Shown here piece by piece: positions 15,763-46,079 of a stretch of 64,000 nt of DNA (positions are counted from its first letter, which is position 1; each line of letters starts with the position of its first letter). Both the position numbers and the translations under genes were made by a program. Below the pieces are notes generated by a model that saw nothing but the letters and a program-made list of their open reading frames with translations, ran no database searches and was not told where the DNA came from. This stretch comes from Octopus sinensis. Taxonomy: Eukaryota. The DNA is taken from positions 66,662,464-66,726,463 of the forward strand of contig NC_043011.1 of NCBI RefSeq assembly GCF_006345805.1, given 5' to 3'.

Positions 15763-18700
15763 GTCATTTACTTTTAATCTGCATGTTTGATGCAATCACT
15801 TCCCGGGGCACACCCAGCGCCCTAGGGCAAGTGAAGGTTAAGAGTTGTTGAAATATAGCTGGAAGCTTGGGATGGGGAAGTAGAGAAATATATCCATGTA
15901 ATACAAACACAAACATTTACATTGATAGGGTTTTTCTAAGGATGTCCCTTTTTTATCATACCTAGGGCACCTACAATAACAGGAACAGTTTTTGTTTTAA
16001 GATTCCACATCTTTTGTATTTCGATTTCCAGGTCCTTATATTTACTAAGTTTGTCAAATTCCTTTCCAGATACATTTTTATCAGTGGGGACGCTTACCTC
16101 TATTAGTCTGCAGGTATTTTCTTCCCTGTCTTTAACAATTATGTCTGGTCGATTAGCCTTGATTGTACTGTCAGTGTTGACTGGAAAATCACAGAGGAAG
16201 GTGACATCCTTAACTTCAACAACTGGCTGAGGATGGTGTTCATACCAGTTAGCAGGTGTGTCGAATTTGTAGAATTTACATATCTTCCAATGTATATACT
16301 GTCCTACCCTATCGTGGCGATTTTTGTATTCGTTTGTTGTCAGCACAGGACATCCCGAAACGAGATGGTCTATCGTTTCGTCAAATGTGTCGCAGAATCT
16401 GCATTTTGGGTCAGTACCGTTTCGGAGAACGTTAGCCTGGTAATTTCTGGTAAACAAGCTTTGATCTTGTGCTGCCATTATGAAGCCTTCACTCTCTGCT
16501 TTCAATCCAGAGCTCTTCAGCCACTGATGGGTTGTTGCTTGGTCTACATCAGCATTTTGGCTTCGGAGAATATATTGTCCATGCAAGGGCTTCTGGTTCC
16601 ACCGCCTCTCAATTTGATTCTGCCCGTTCTTTTTTGCAGTCTGCTTGATTCGCTTTGCTTGCTTGGTAGCAGTGGTTTCCGTCTCTTCATCTGATTCAAG
16701 GTTAATGTCTAGTTCCCTTTCGAACTTATAGGCTTCTTTGACAATAAAATGCAGCTTTTTGCTGCTTTCGTGTTTGCACACAAGTCGCAGCATCCAGTCC
16801 TTTGTACTAGATAGGTACCTGTTCATTCCTACAGTAGAGGTCTTATAGCACAGCTCTAATTGCATCATTCCTCTCCCCCCGCTGCTTCTAGGTAGGTACA
16901 GGCGGTCTACATCTACCTTAGGGTGGTGCATGCTCTTGGATGTCAGTAATTTTCTTGTCTTCCTGTCCAAGCGTTGGGGTTCCGTAAGGTTCCAGTTAAT
17001 CATGTTAAAACTGTACTGGACTACTGGAAGCGCTAGGGTGTTAATGGCCTCAATGCAATTTTTGGAGTTGAGTTCAGTCTTCAGTACTAGCCTTATTCTC
17101 CTATAGTATTCCTTTCTTATTTTTTCCTTCATAGTAGCATGATGTATACCATCTCCTTCGTTGATTCCTAGGTATTTGTAACTTTCTTGTGGGTCAAGTT
17201 CCTTGATGGTAGTGTCAATATCTAATTTAACAGAAGCTGTTTGCCTGAGCTTGCCTCTTACAAAAGTTGCTTTAGCACACTTATCAAGGCCAAAATCCAT
17301 TCCGATATCATGGCTAAACTCTTTAACAGTTGTTAGCAGCCCTTCTAGTTCTTGGTCATTCCTGGCAAACAGCTTTAGGTCGTCCATATAGAAAAGGTGG
17401 TTTATTAACTTACTAAAAACTTTGTACCCATATCTGGTACTATCCAATTCGTTTGAGAGTGGGATCAGTGCCATGCAAAAAAGTAATGGAGAGAGGGAGT
17501 CACCTTGAAAGATGCCTCGTTTGATGTTGATGCTGTTGGACTGGCTCATCCCATTACTATGGCTTAGAAAGAGAAGTGTGTTCCACATGGTCATGCTATT
17601 CTCTAAGAATTTTGAGACGACAGGAGAGATCTTGTATATCTCAAGGGCCTTGAGTATCCATTTATGTGGGACACTGTCATACGCTTTCCTGTAGTCTATC
17701 CATGCCATACTCAGGTTTTTGTTTTTGCTCCGGCAATTGGTCTTTGCACCCATAAGAGTTTCTTTTACAACCTTATTGAGCTTGTGGAAGGATAGAGTTT
17801 TGTTCAAGGAAAGCGTACATTCTCTCCGTTATTATGGATGTGAGGATTTTGTAGGTGATGTTGAGACATATTATTGGCCGGTAATTCTTTGGGTTTTTTG
17901 TGTCTTCGGTTTTAGGTAATAGATAGGTGGTTCCTTCAGTCAGCCAAGCATGTATTTGCTCTGGGTTCTGAATGACATCAGACAGAGATGCAGCGAGATT
18001 TTCGTGTACCTCTGTTAAACAATTCAGCCAGAAGATAGGGATCCGATCCAGTCCTGGGGTTTTCCATTTATGAGCCTTCCTAAGGACACACCTTAGCTCC
18101 TCTATTCCTATTGCTTCCCATTTCTGTTCTTCAAGTTCATCCAGTCTCTCTTTCTCACGTTCTATCCAGTCAGCCTCAGCATTAAACTTTTTTTCGTTGC
18201 TCCATACCTTCTTCCAGAACTCCTCCACTTCCTCAATCTTAGGTGGATCTTCTATGTGTATTTTATTTTTGCCAATTTCCCTATAAAATTTCTTTGCATT
18301 TATCTTAAAAAATTTATTTTGTCGATAAATTTGTTTCTTTTGTCATACCTTCTAAGCCGTTGGGCTTTCAACTGTATCCGTTGTTTCAACAGTTCCTTAG
18401 TTGCAGGGAGGTTTATGAGATCTTTGATTTTATATTTTTGCTTGATTTCCTAGCTTTTCTCGACTTAATATTCACTCCTCTAGCAAGCTCATCGAGAACT
18501 GAAACATCCGCCCGCAGAGATTCAATCTCTTTTTGTATCGCTACTTTCCACTTAGGAGGTTCATTGACATGCCTGGCCTTTTTCTTTGTCATCTTAATAC
18601 CTAGTTGGGTAGTTACTACTTTAGCAGTGGAATAGATGAGATTATTGAAGGTTGTCAAATCATTCCCCTTATTTCTTAAGATCTGTCCTAGGGCAACGTT

Positions 18701-19578
18701 ATATGTCATGATTGTGTTGTTATTTCTTGTGCCATTTGAAAACTTTGGTAGTGGTTCTCTATTAACCATGTCAGTGAGCTCAATCTTGCCGAGTTCTCTC
18801 ATAATGTCCACTTTTGCTTCCATAATCTTTTCTCTATTATTCACCTCAAATTCTATGCCATATCTATTTTGGTTTTCTTGAGGAAGGTCTACGTTCTCCT
18901 CTTTTTTCAAATCTCTCGTCTTCGCTATTCTTTGTTTAACTTCCCCATCGGGAAGTTGATTTGCCGCTTGTACACTGGCTTCTGTGCTACTGTTACCTAT
19001 TTCGTCTACATTGTTGCTGTTTTCTTTTGGTCTACCATGAGCTATTAGTGTCCTAATTTTGTCAATTTCAGCGTCAGTTAGTCTTTTGTTTTTAATTATA
19101 TCTCTGCGTACATTACTTAATTTATTTGCGTCTATATATCTACGTACGTCATTGCCTACTGAATTTCCCCATGAGATGTATGTTTGTACACTGAGGTTAT
19201 TGTTTGGGTTTAGTTGGGCTGTATAAAAAGCTTTCAACACATCTCTATAGTCCTCTCTGGTCCATTTTATACGTTTTGCTTTAGGTGGTGTTTTTGGTGG
19301 TGTCACTACAAGTCCAGAGTTAGAAGTATTCTGGTTCTGGTCACCTGGTAGATCGTCTTTTTGAGAGTTTGTTCCAGCAGCAAACTTTTCGACCCCAGTC
19401 TGGTTCCCTACTGGGTAACGCGGTCCTTGTTGTCCCGGGCGATGACCGATCCGGCATGATTTTTGGCTTGTTTTCATTAAATGATTGACGGCGACATCAG
19501 AGGGGTCAATTTTTTCAGAGTCAACTTTTTGACAAGACGCCGCTTCTGTGACGGTGGCGTTATTATTATTATTATTAC

Positions 19579-19660
<82 letters not shown>

Positions 19661-21037
19661 GCATATATATATATAAATATATATATATATAAACACATAT
19701 ATATATATGCATTACAACCACATGGTCATAATCGATATATATATATATGTGTGTGTGTGTGTGAGTGTGTGTGTGTGTGTGTGTGTGTCTATGTGTGTGT
19801 GTGTGTATGTATGTAGTCTGCAGAGTAGATCAAGAGGAGGTAAATTTAGACTCCGAACTCAGCGCAGGGGATAGATTCCACAAGATAACGATTAGGCGAT
19901 TAGGTGGGTAAAAGATGGAGATTGTCAGACGATGGATATTTATATTGATAGATCCAGGTTACAGAGAGAACAAACGAAAGACAAAATTATGAGCCCAAAA
20001 TCTGTTTCTGGAGGCTTGGTTATCCGTGATAATGCTGGTAGATGTTGTTCATCTCAATATATGCCGCAAGGAATGCAATCAACATAGCATAAGACGAAAC
20101 CTCATCATCAGGGAAGACATCTTTTATTTCAGGGCGGCTAGTTGATACCCAAACTGATAACTAAACTATAATATCCTATTTCAGATATCTAATTTGTTTA
20201 TCTACATAATTGCTTCTCCATTTCCCCCATCTCTCTCTATCACCTCTCTCTCTCTCTCTATCTCGACATAATGTGTTTTTGCGCACTTGAATGTGTAGAT
20301 AGACTGGTGAAGTGTGAGATAGACACCAATATAGAATACATAGCTGGATATATAGATATGCAAGAGTTACATTATTTTGCGTGTATCCAAGAATAATATC
20401 AATTGTATGATACTTCACAGACGTTGTTTTGACTTGTCACATTTACGTCAACTAGTAAGGGAAACCTATGATACGAACGCACGCAAAATATTACAAAACT
20501 TTGCAACAGCAGAAGAATTGTGAGCAGACATTAAACGCAAACGGTGCAGTTACCAAAAGAAATATCTTTTGATGTTCGGATTTCAATTCCTTCTTATAAC
20601 TACACAGTGTAGAACCGAAAGATAATCAACTTGAAAAACAGTTCGTTTATGCGAAAGAAAAGGAAATTCTGTTTGCAGTAGTCCCCAAAAAAAATTCAAG
20701 AAAAACGCATTTTAATATTCATTCAATGTGTACATTTATTTAACAAGGTTACATTTTGGTGTAATATTTTGTGATTTCGTATTTCTGTAAGACACATATA
20801 GAAATATATAACGTAAATATGTTTCTGTTTGTATGTATAAGTATGAGGAGAGATAATGAGTAGGAAAAATATCAGACAGATTAACTATATTACTACTTCA
20901 TAAATATCGTATTCATATTCAACAAAAAAGATATTAATGAAAATTCCGAAACAATTATCAAAGAGCAACTTACGAGAAATGAGAAGCAAAATAAATATAG
21001 AATATATCATTGTGTAATTTCGAGACGAACTCTTCAT
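6489..21037 (-). CDS. Paralog 1: five-exon gene for a 118 aa secreted six-Cys protein with a GPI-signal-like tail (neuritin/RGM-N-like Cys spacing)
   Basis: Exons 21037-20974, 9838-9745, 8830-8743, 8324-8286 and 6560-6489, all GT-AG, phases 1,2,0,0. They splice into an open frame: MKSSSRNYTMIYSIFILLLISRVNAMSVDCVKEARLHCPSNFVHPDNTQEFCRTFEKFEKCFRRKRRDCFERFQAIQFHNCLTDPKKNYSYNSVQPASIRNNHLLFATAVVLLLHTHT*. A second in-frame ATG lies at 21010. Confidence 0.85.
11100..12090 (+). mobile_element. Degenerate Penelope-like element (GIY-YIG remnant)
   Basis: ORF 11528-11770 FTCAPDSLKYVIICLGCEHNFIGQIG...LRRR fits a PLE GIY-YIG N-terminus. Confidence 0.6.
12180..15720 (-). mobile_element. R4/Dong-like non-LTR retrotransposon (RT, CCHC and restriction-like endonuclease), 5'-truncated and disrupted
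   Basis: ORF pieces contain NYRPITCL, AWIDYKKAFDS, QGDSLSP, YMDDLK, CRFC...HL..C and KPDVVV...LIDMSIP. (TAA)n lies on both sides. Confidence 0.9.
15770..19560 (-). mobile_element. R4/Dong-like retrotransposon, second subfamily, near full length with frameshifts
   Basis: ORFs 18413-19696, 17773-18228 and 15936-17807 carry RT motifs, a CRFC zinc knuckle and an RPDIIV endonuclease motif. (TAA)n lies on both sides. Confidence 0.9.
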
Positions 21038-21039
21038 AT

Positions 21040-21460
21040 ACTGGCGACTTACACATGGCAATTTCTTTTATAATTTAATATGATGTAACATGTGTTTCAA
21101 TTGACGAGGAAGGCATGTAAATCTCGTTTATGATACGCTATATCATAATATATTTACATTATTTTGTTGTTGTGCAGTCACCAACGAGACAGGTGTCTTA
21201 AAGATAATTCACATAAAACTCTACATAATGGAAGCAATCAATATTACTTATAAAATGTGTACGGCCTGACTTTAATGATTTTCATGTCTCTCCATTTCAT
21301 TTATGACCACTCATCCTCGCTGAATATATTAACTATTCATGCTGTAATTGAGAAACATTTACATGATACGCAGAAATGTAAGCCATCTGAATATTCGATT
21401 CGAATTTTGGATGTAACCAATTTCCCTGGGTAGGATAAACATTCTATTACATCTACTCCA
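21040..21460 (-). promoter_or_regulatory. Conserved upstream/promoter block of the gene family with an Initiator-like motif
   Basis: About 400 bp block conserved upstream of all five first exons (also about 25750-26110, 44370-44710, 49060-49580 and 59420-59980). The minus-strand motif at the same position reads TCAATT (21099), TCAGTC (25804), TTAGTT (44431), TCAGTT (49182) and TCAGTT (59505), resembling the invertebrate Inr TCAKTY. Confidence 0.5.
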
Positions 21461-21739
21461 ACACCTCTCTTGTACATGTTTCGGACTATGATTTTCCTCT
21501 TATTTTCGGTCTTTTCTTATTTCCCTTCTGTCTCTTTATTCTCAACTTGTCCTCTACTATTCCATTTTTCTGGTTCCTATTCCCTTGTCGCTTCTCTTGC
21601 TCTACTAATTCTCTTCAAAATAATTATATTACATTTCTGACAATGACTCGTTAATTTAGCTGGCAGCCATTTTCATTGTGATAGGTCTGCAAATGTATGT
21701 CAGCGAATGTTTTCATAATATTTGATATAATAAACGAAA

Positions 21740-21915
21740 TATGCTCCCGTAACATAGCAGTTCGGCAAAAGAGACCGATAGAATAAGTACTAGGCTTGCA
21801 AAGAATAAGCCCTGGGATCGATTTGCTCGACTAAAGGCGGCGCTCCAGCATAGCTGCAGTGAAATCACTGAAACAAGTAAAAGATTAAAGAGTAAAGAGT
21901 AAAGAGTAAAGAGCA
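21740..21915 (+). mobile_element. SINE 3' half
   Basis: Shares gttcggcaaaagagaccgatagaataagtac...gactgaaacaagtaaaaga with the other copies in the window. Confidence 0.75.
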
Positions 21916-23389
21916 TCAGGCCGTATAGACGAGGGGGTACTCTGATTCACTTTCTTCGGTTTATATTTTGTACTGTAAGCAGCAATTCTAGTAATGCAGA
22001 AATAGCATTCGTACATGTGGTTACTCGGCTCTCATCACACCATTGGTATTGCAAAAGGAATTTCTTTTTCTCTAACCGGCTTTCCAGAGTCACATCTCCT
22101 CCACAAAAGTGCGACATACTACGTGTAAATCCCAACGTTTGTATGCATCACTGAGTTTAACACGATAATAAGCAAAGTATAGATTTTCACTCTGTTTAAA
22201 GACAACCTACCTGTCACAAATGTAGCAGAATATGTGTGGATTGTTCGTGCATTCACGTCTCTATCCATTCATTTTACATGGAATTTATACCTAAAATGTC
22301 CTCCGGAACTATTGTTACAGCACTAAAGCATCAGTTAGCAATCGCCTAAACAGCTTTTTTTACGTCACGCCTTCTGTAATAGTTACCAATGAATGCTTAA
22401 TAAATTTCATATTGGCTGCCATGTTAACTTTACAAATATTAGGTCAGCATTGGGTTACAGCAATCTATATTGATGAGCAAAGTCAATCAGATAAATACTG
22501 TCACCTGCTTTTCTAATACCATGTTACCGAAAAAAAGCTTTATTACGGAAAGACAAAACGTGATGGAGAAAGAAAATAATAACAGATCTTAAATCAGCTT
22601 ACAAATTCATTTAAAAAGTTTTGTAGAGATTTAAACATAGAAAATCATGCAGCTTTGTGTTATAATTAAAATATTCCGCAGCTATGCTCTTTATCATCAC
22701 ATGAGATATAGCAATATTCAAGGTAGATACTATTACTTTTATTCCTGATTTGCTTTGCCACAACTTTTAAATATTACTCTGAAAGTAAAATTATATCATA
22801 GCTATATATATGTGGAATTGTTAAAGCAGCCATATGTGATATTTGCAATGCATGACGGTACTGTTTAATGACTCGCCCGTAAAATATGTGCTCTGCAGGG
22901 ACGTAAAAGATTTTATTTGGAATATCTCTTGTATGTGATTGCACTACATCTCTTAAATCGTACTTCACCATCCACAATGGTAAATCGTGATTAATGTAAA
23001 ATGTGAAGCTTACGTCGATGTAATCGATTTAATCCATTTGTCTATCCTTCTTTATCCCCTATATGTTTAGCTCCCTGTAGACAATAAAGAAATAAATATA
23101 TGCTGTAATAGATATATTCAACATAGCGTAAGACGAGACCCCGTCATTATGGTAGAGATGAGCTTAATGCTATACATCTAACTTCTTTATAAGCGAAATT
23201 GTCTCGTCTTCTGCTTCTCAGTCTCTCTCTCTCTTTCTCTCAATATATAAATCAACCTGATCACCCTGACCGACCCAATTATTAGATGCTGCTACACATC
23301 GCAGGTCTATAAGTGTGTTAACAAGGTGATTCTTAGAGAAGACAATATGGAAGAGTTCAGAGTTGCAACTGTTACAAAATCCCTTGCCC

Positions 23390-23444
<55 letters not shown>

Positions 23445-23997
23445 TGCCCTGATGCAGTAACAGGCAGTGGCTCTCATGGCTTCTGATCTTAACTGATTGG
23501 AAGTGTTATCATGTACATTGTTTTCTCTTGGTATAAAAGATGGGCTACAGCAAATATTCTTCTCAATACCACAGATTTGCTTGTCAGTTTGACCTTAACC
23601 AGTTGATCATGTCCCTTTGTGGCTGACGATATGTGCATCTCTGATCTCGAGCAGAAGTAGTGGGGGAGCATCATAGCCATGTGTTGAGACGAATTCTTTG
23701 GGGTTTGAATGATTCACCTCTGGAAACATGGGTGTTTTGTTCAACATCCTTAAACAACCCTTATTCCGGGACCTTTTGAGCAGGATAGGTTACTTGACCT
23801 GAAGAAAATTCTAAGTGGGCCCCACCTGCAAGGTCATGTGCTGTTTATCTTGATAAGAGATCACCATGTCGCGCACATATGGTTGTGATGCATGTGCCTA
23901 GTGTACCCTTATCAGACGGGTAGTCATGATGGGTATACCGGGCTTCGTATATTTTACCCAGTGTCACTTTGATGGCATGCACTGCTCTCTCACTCAA
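23445..23997. mobile_element. Interspersed repeat (probable LINE 3' fragment) between (TAA)n tracts
   Basis: GC-richer segment of about 550 bp bounded by (AAT)n. Not present in the paralogous introns. Confidence 0.45.
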
Positions 23998-24013
23998 TAA
24001 TAATAATAATAAT

Positions 24014-24069
<56 letters not shown>

Positions 24070-24070
<1 letters not shown>

Positions 24071-25340
24071 CATAGCAATAAAAACTTGGTTTTGATCTCC
24101 GAGGACAACCCCAACAGAATTAAATTTATGTCTAATAATTCTAAGATCAAGAATTCTATATACCAGTGTAAAATTTCTTCCGGTACCGATGTCTACTTCT
24201 ACATAGGCGCATCCTTTTACCAGTTATCTAAGAGAATTTCCAATCATTATTCATCATTTAGGGATAGCAGTAAACGACTTAGTACAGGGCTAAGTAAATT
24301 GATTTGGCATCTTAAAGACAACAATAAAGATTTTAAGTTAGATTGGTTCATCCTGTCCGTATCTTTTCCTTACGATAAGGGCAAGAGATTTTGTAACATT
24401 TGCAACTCTGAACTCTTCCATATTCTCTTCTCTAAGAATCACCTTGTTAACACACTTATAGAGAGATCATACAAATGTAAACACTGGCAGAAACATACCT
24501 TTAACTCATATAAGTGATTTCGCCAGTCTTTATAGTTTGAACAGTTAGTTTAACTTGCACTTTACTTCGATAGAGAAATCTATTTCTAAGCCTTTGAACA
24601 TTTTTTCAACCAATATATCCCTCTTTATTTTTTCTCTACTTATTTCTTTCGCGCTTCTCATCCTGGTATTTGCCTTTGACGTCAAATCTACTAACGGTTT
24701 GTTTAAAATAATTAATAACGTAGGAGTGGCTGTGTGGTAAGTAGATTGTTTACTAACCACATGGTTCCGGGTTCAGTTCCACTGCGTGGCACCTTGGGCA
24801 AGTGTCTTCTACTATAGCCTCGGGCCGACCAAAGTCTTGTGAGTGGATTTGGTAGATGGAAACTGAAAGAAGCCTGTCGTATATATGTATATATATATAT
24901 GTGTGTGTGTGTGTTTGTGTGTCTGTGTTTGTCCCCCCATCATCGCTTGACAACTGATGCTGGTGAGTTTATGTCCCCGTAATATAGCGATTCGGCAAAA
25001 GAGACCGATAGAATAAGTACTAGGCTTACAAAAGAATAAGTCCCGGTGTCGATTTGCTTGACTAAAGGTGGTGCTCCAATATGGCCGCAGTCAAATGACT
25101 GAAACAAGTAAAAGAGTAAAAGTGTAAGAGTAACGTTCTGTTTATCATTTAGGCAGTCATCATAATTGTTATAGTGTCTTGTTGTTAAGAGAGGCTCTCA
25201 CTCTTTCTTATCTGATGAGAACATTGCATTTTACAACGTTTATACCTTTGGAATAAAATCATGTTGTCTTCGAAACATCTGTCGAAAGTAAAAGCATTTT
25301 AATAACATCTTGGTTCAACTCCATATATTTATTTATATAT
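24070..25340 (+). mobile_element. Penelope-like element 3' part with GIY-YIG ORF, interrupted by a SINE
   Basis: ORF to 24517 is homologous to 4643-5194 (NSIYQC...YIGAS...RISNHY...CNICNSE). A hammerhead core CTGATGA...GAAAC...GTC lies at 25212-25283. Confidence 0.75.
24720..25130 (+). mobile_element. Full-length SINE with internal (TA)/(TG) tract
   Basis: tRNA-like head ggagtggctgtgtggtaag...gggttcagttcc. The body is shared with the copies at 30748, 40260, 42280 and 52380. Confidence 0.8.
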
Positions 25341-25678
25341 ATAGGCGAAAGAATGTCTGTGTGGTAAGTACCTTGCTTACCAGCCACATGGTCCAGGGTT
25401 CCGACCCACTGCGTGACAACTTGGACTAGTGACTTCTACCATAGCCTCGGGCCGACCCAAGCTTTTGAGTGGATTTGCTAGGCAGAAACTGAAAGAAGTT
25501 GGTCGTGTATATGTATATATATGTGTGTATATGTATATATGAGTGTGTGTGTATAGGTATGAATGTGTGTATGCATGAGGAGAGAAAATGAGTCAGATTA
25601 ACTATAGTGCTACATTATTTGTATTCGACGCACAAATATTCATGAAAATTCAGAAATAATTACCATATTGCTACTTAC

Positions 25679-25742
25679 GAGAAAGGAGAACGAAAATAAA
25701 TATAGAATATAAATTTGTGTAATTTCTTGATGAAGTCTTCAT
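25679..25742 (-). CDS. Orphan first (signal peptide) exon of the same gene family
   Basis: The ATG exon encodes MKTSSRNYTNLYSIFIFVLLS and ends in a phase-1 GTAAGT donor. Upstream and intronic flanks match the other first exons. No exons 2-5 lie between it and paralog 1. Confidence 0.7.
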
Positions 25743-26295
25743 ATTCTGCTGACTTCTGCGTGGCGATTACTTTTTTAGTTTCGTAAATAATGTAACGTGT
25801 TTCGACTGACATGTTATATCATAATACATGTCCGTGTATATTGTGGAAGAAATCAATATAACGTATACAATGCGTTCAGTTTGATCTTAATGATTTATTT
25901 TATGTCTCCATTTTAGAAAGGAAACACTGAATGTTTTCGTTACTACTCAAAGTCGCTGGATACAGTAAGGCTTCATGTTGAAATTGCGAAGAATTTAGAA
26001 GATGCGTATCAATGTAAGTCACCTGAATATTCGTTTCAAATTGCGGGAAAAGGTAAGCGATTTTGCTGCATAGGATAATCATTCTATTACATCCATTTCA
26101 ACACCTCACTTGTACATGTATAATCCAGTCCGATACGAGCTAATACAAAGTCGACCGCGGCGGAATTTGAATTTGCCCAAAATGCATTATCACATATATG
26201 TACACACATATAATCACAAACTACGTCACTTTCTCTTTCTCTGCCTATCTCATTCTCTCTCTTTCTATCTCTCTTTCTCTCTCCCTCCCTCCCCC

Positions 26296-26328
<33 letters not shown>

Positions 26329-26879
26329 AGTGTGTGTGTGTGTTGAAGAGCGTAGGCTCGAAACTAAAAAACTTTTTTCAAATCCTGAGTGTTATACTAA
26401 TACATCTGTTTGTCTTGTACACCACCTGTCTTCGTCTTTCATTTTCTTGTGAATTCTCCCTATATATATATAGATACACTCATTGAATTTTGCTTTTGCC
26501 AGAAAGAACAGTTAAAATAACTCAAAATCCCCCAGAGCACAGTCTTAATAACTGAGAAAGGGAGGTAACTCTTTTGCTAGTCAGTACCTGCTGTCACTCT
26601 TTTGGCCTCTATTAATGTTGCCTTTAGCTTCTAATTGCTAATAAGCCCCACTTTTTAATTTGTTGTTTACACTTTTAATGTTTTGATCATCAGTACATGT
26701 AAGACTGACAGGGAAATTTGAGTTTAACGCTAGGCATTAAGAGTCACTGATGAGAATTAATATACTCTACAATGTACGTTTTCTCCGATAAAAATGGAAA
26801 TATACATTCACTTATTATTGAGGAATACATTGCGTTTATTGCGAAGGAATTGTTGGAAGTCTACACCAGCTACTGTAAA

Positions 26880-27210
26880 CTAATGAACAAACTTCGAGTA
26901 GATGATCACACAACGCCCTACAACTCAATATTTTCACATTTCAGACCTTATTGCTCATCGGATTTCATAACCAAACCCTCTATAAGCATCATCCACCCTG
27001 CCAAATCGGACTTAGGCCGAATCAGTAAGTATATACTAAACAATATAATACCTATTGTTAGAAAGAAATTAGACGTCAACTTATGGTTCTGCACAGATGA
27101 AGTTATTACCTGGTTTTACCGCCTTGAAAACAAAAGCATCTCCTCGTTCCTGCATTTTGATGTCAACAATTACTACGATTCTGTATCCCCCATCCTCCTT
27201 AAGAGGTCCG
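26880..27210 (+). mobile_element. Penelope-like reverse transcriptase fragment
   Basis: IIHPAKSDLGRISKYIL...WF...FLHFDVNNYYDSV matches the PLE RT N-terminal motifs (FD..YPSI type). Confidence 0.7.
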
Positions 27211-27733
27211 ATCCGTTTAATGAATCGTCCGATATATATGTGTGCTCTCAAATGTATGTATTGTCGTAAGATATTTTATTTCGAAAATGAGGGTCATAAT
27301 ATCTCGTGTTTCTCTAGTTATGGTAGTATGTCTGTTAGATCATACTTTACGATCCATAATGCTAAATCTTAACTAATTTACAATTTGAGGCTTACATTGA
27401 AACCTAAAATAATTTCTTCCTTTCTCAACATTATTTACTCTGCTTCTACGATACGATTTTTAGTCCCGGTGAATACTTTGAAGGTTACACCGATTTGCAA
27501 GTTACAAAAAACTGACACAGGAAAAATCTATGAAATACAACAAAGTTATTTAATCTATATTTAAAGCATACTGTGTAAGATATCAGATATCCTCAATGTC
27601 ACGTATAAAATTGTAGACATCTGTAGTGAAGTCGATCTCTAGTAGTATTTGCATTCCGTGTTTTTGACTTATATCATCGAATAATTTTTTTCAAATTAAT
27701 ACACATACGTACTTTCAGTGACATAATGAATAC

Positions 27734-44366
<16,633 letters not shown>

Positions 44367-45500
44367 ATTCTCGCAACTTACGCAACGTAATTTCTTCTAT
44401 AATTTCATATAAAGACGTAACATGTGTTTCAACTAACGAGGAAGGTAAGTAAATTTGATCTATGACATGCTATTTCACAATGCATGTATCTATACATAGT
44501 AGAAAAATCAATATTGTATATACAATGAGTTCGGTCTGAATTTATTGATTTTTCAGGTCTCCATTTTACTGAGACAAAATGTTTTTGTCACCATTCATAG
44601 TCAAAAGATACATTAGAGTTTCTTATTGTAAGTGAGGAAATTTAAGATGATTTGTAGAAATTTAAGCCATCTGAATATTCGTTATAAGCTGTGTGAAAAG
44701 GTAAGTCCCTTTAATAAATACAATCGTCGAGAGGTCCTACAGATGCATGTACTGGCAGAAACACACCTTTCAATCATATGAATAATGATTAATATAGATA
44801 GCCCCTTGAATTTTAATTAATATAACCCTTTTTTTTATATATTTCACCACCATAGTCAAAAAATCCTTTTTATACTTTCAAAGAACTACTACCCAATCCA
44901 GTGAGGTATGTGTTACCTTTGTCCCTATACCTCGCCCTCCTCTTTCCCTCTCTCTCTTTCCCTATATCTATAGTAAGCACATTTAAACACACAGACACAA
45001 ACCGTTCACCTCAACACTGTCTGTTTTCTGACACCCACCCATTCACAAACACAATCACGCACACACATACACACACACACACACACACACATTAATGCCG
45101 TTATATACAGTCACACACAGAGACACTCACAAAAGAAAATTCATCATTCATTTGAACTGCACCCTTTCACCTTCCTATTCTTATGCCTCTCTTCTCCTAC
45201 TTCGTTTGAACCCTTGAACCTTTAGAACCTTCTAGATTCTTCTACATCCAACCATTTTGACGTCACTCCTTATAAAGGAATTTTTTAAAGAGACACTCAT
45301 TTTCACTATGGGCTCCGTGTGAGCAGTCATCTAAAAGTTTTTTGTGCATCTTGATGTTGACATAAGTTCCTTGCTTTTGCTAATGAAAAAGCGGCATAAT
45401 ATACTCCTTATTCCTTCACAATTAGGAATATGCAGCCTTCGAAACATATGTCGAAAATATGGAATTTTGTTAATTCGTCGTTCAACTCCATTCTTTCATA

Positions 45501-45562
<62 letters not shown>

Positions 45563-46028
45563 ATAAAAGATTTATATCTTTAAATGTAATATGTGACAAT
45601 TATTCGGTAGCCATGACAAAACTCCGAGTTTCGGATGCCGGGATGGAAATCCACGCCGTCAAATCTTCAGTTATCCGGCCATCGGAAAAACTACTATGAA
45701 AATGACCGTTAAACAAAGGAAAATTACTGTGTGATTAACCGTTATTAAGACAATAGAGTTATTAAATTGACCGCTAAGTGAGGGGAGGAAATAAAAGTAG
45801 GGGGTAAAAACGTTCATAGTATTCGCGTAAGAATGCACGTTCATACTTACACCTGCGAACCCACACAACCACGTAAATGAGCCTAAAAGTATACACTCAT
45901 CCACTCTCACTTGAAACGTACACATTGTCACTCGCACCATTCGGCAAATATATATATATATATATACAATCCCACACACGCACACACACACACACGAACC
46001 ATATATTTTCAGCAATATATATATATAC

Positions 46029-46079
<51 letters not shown>

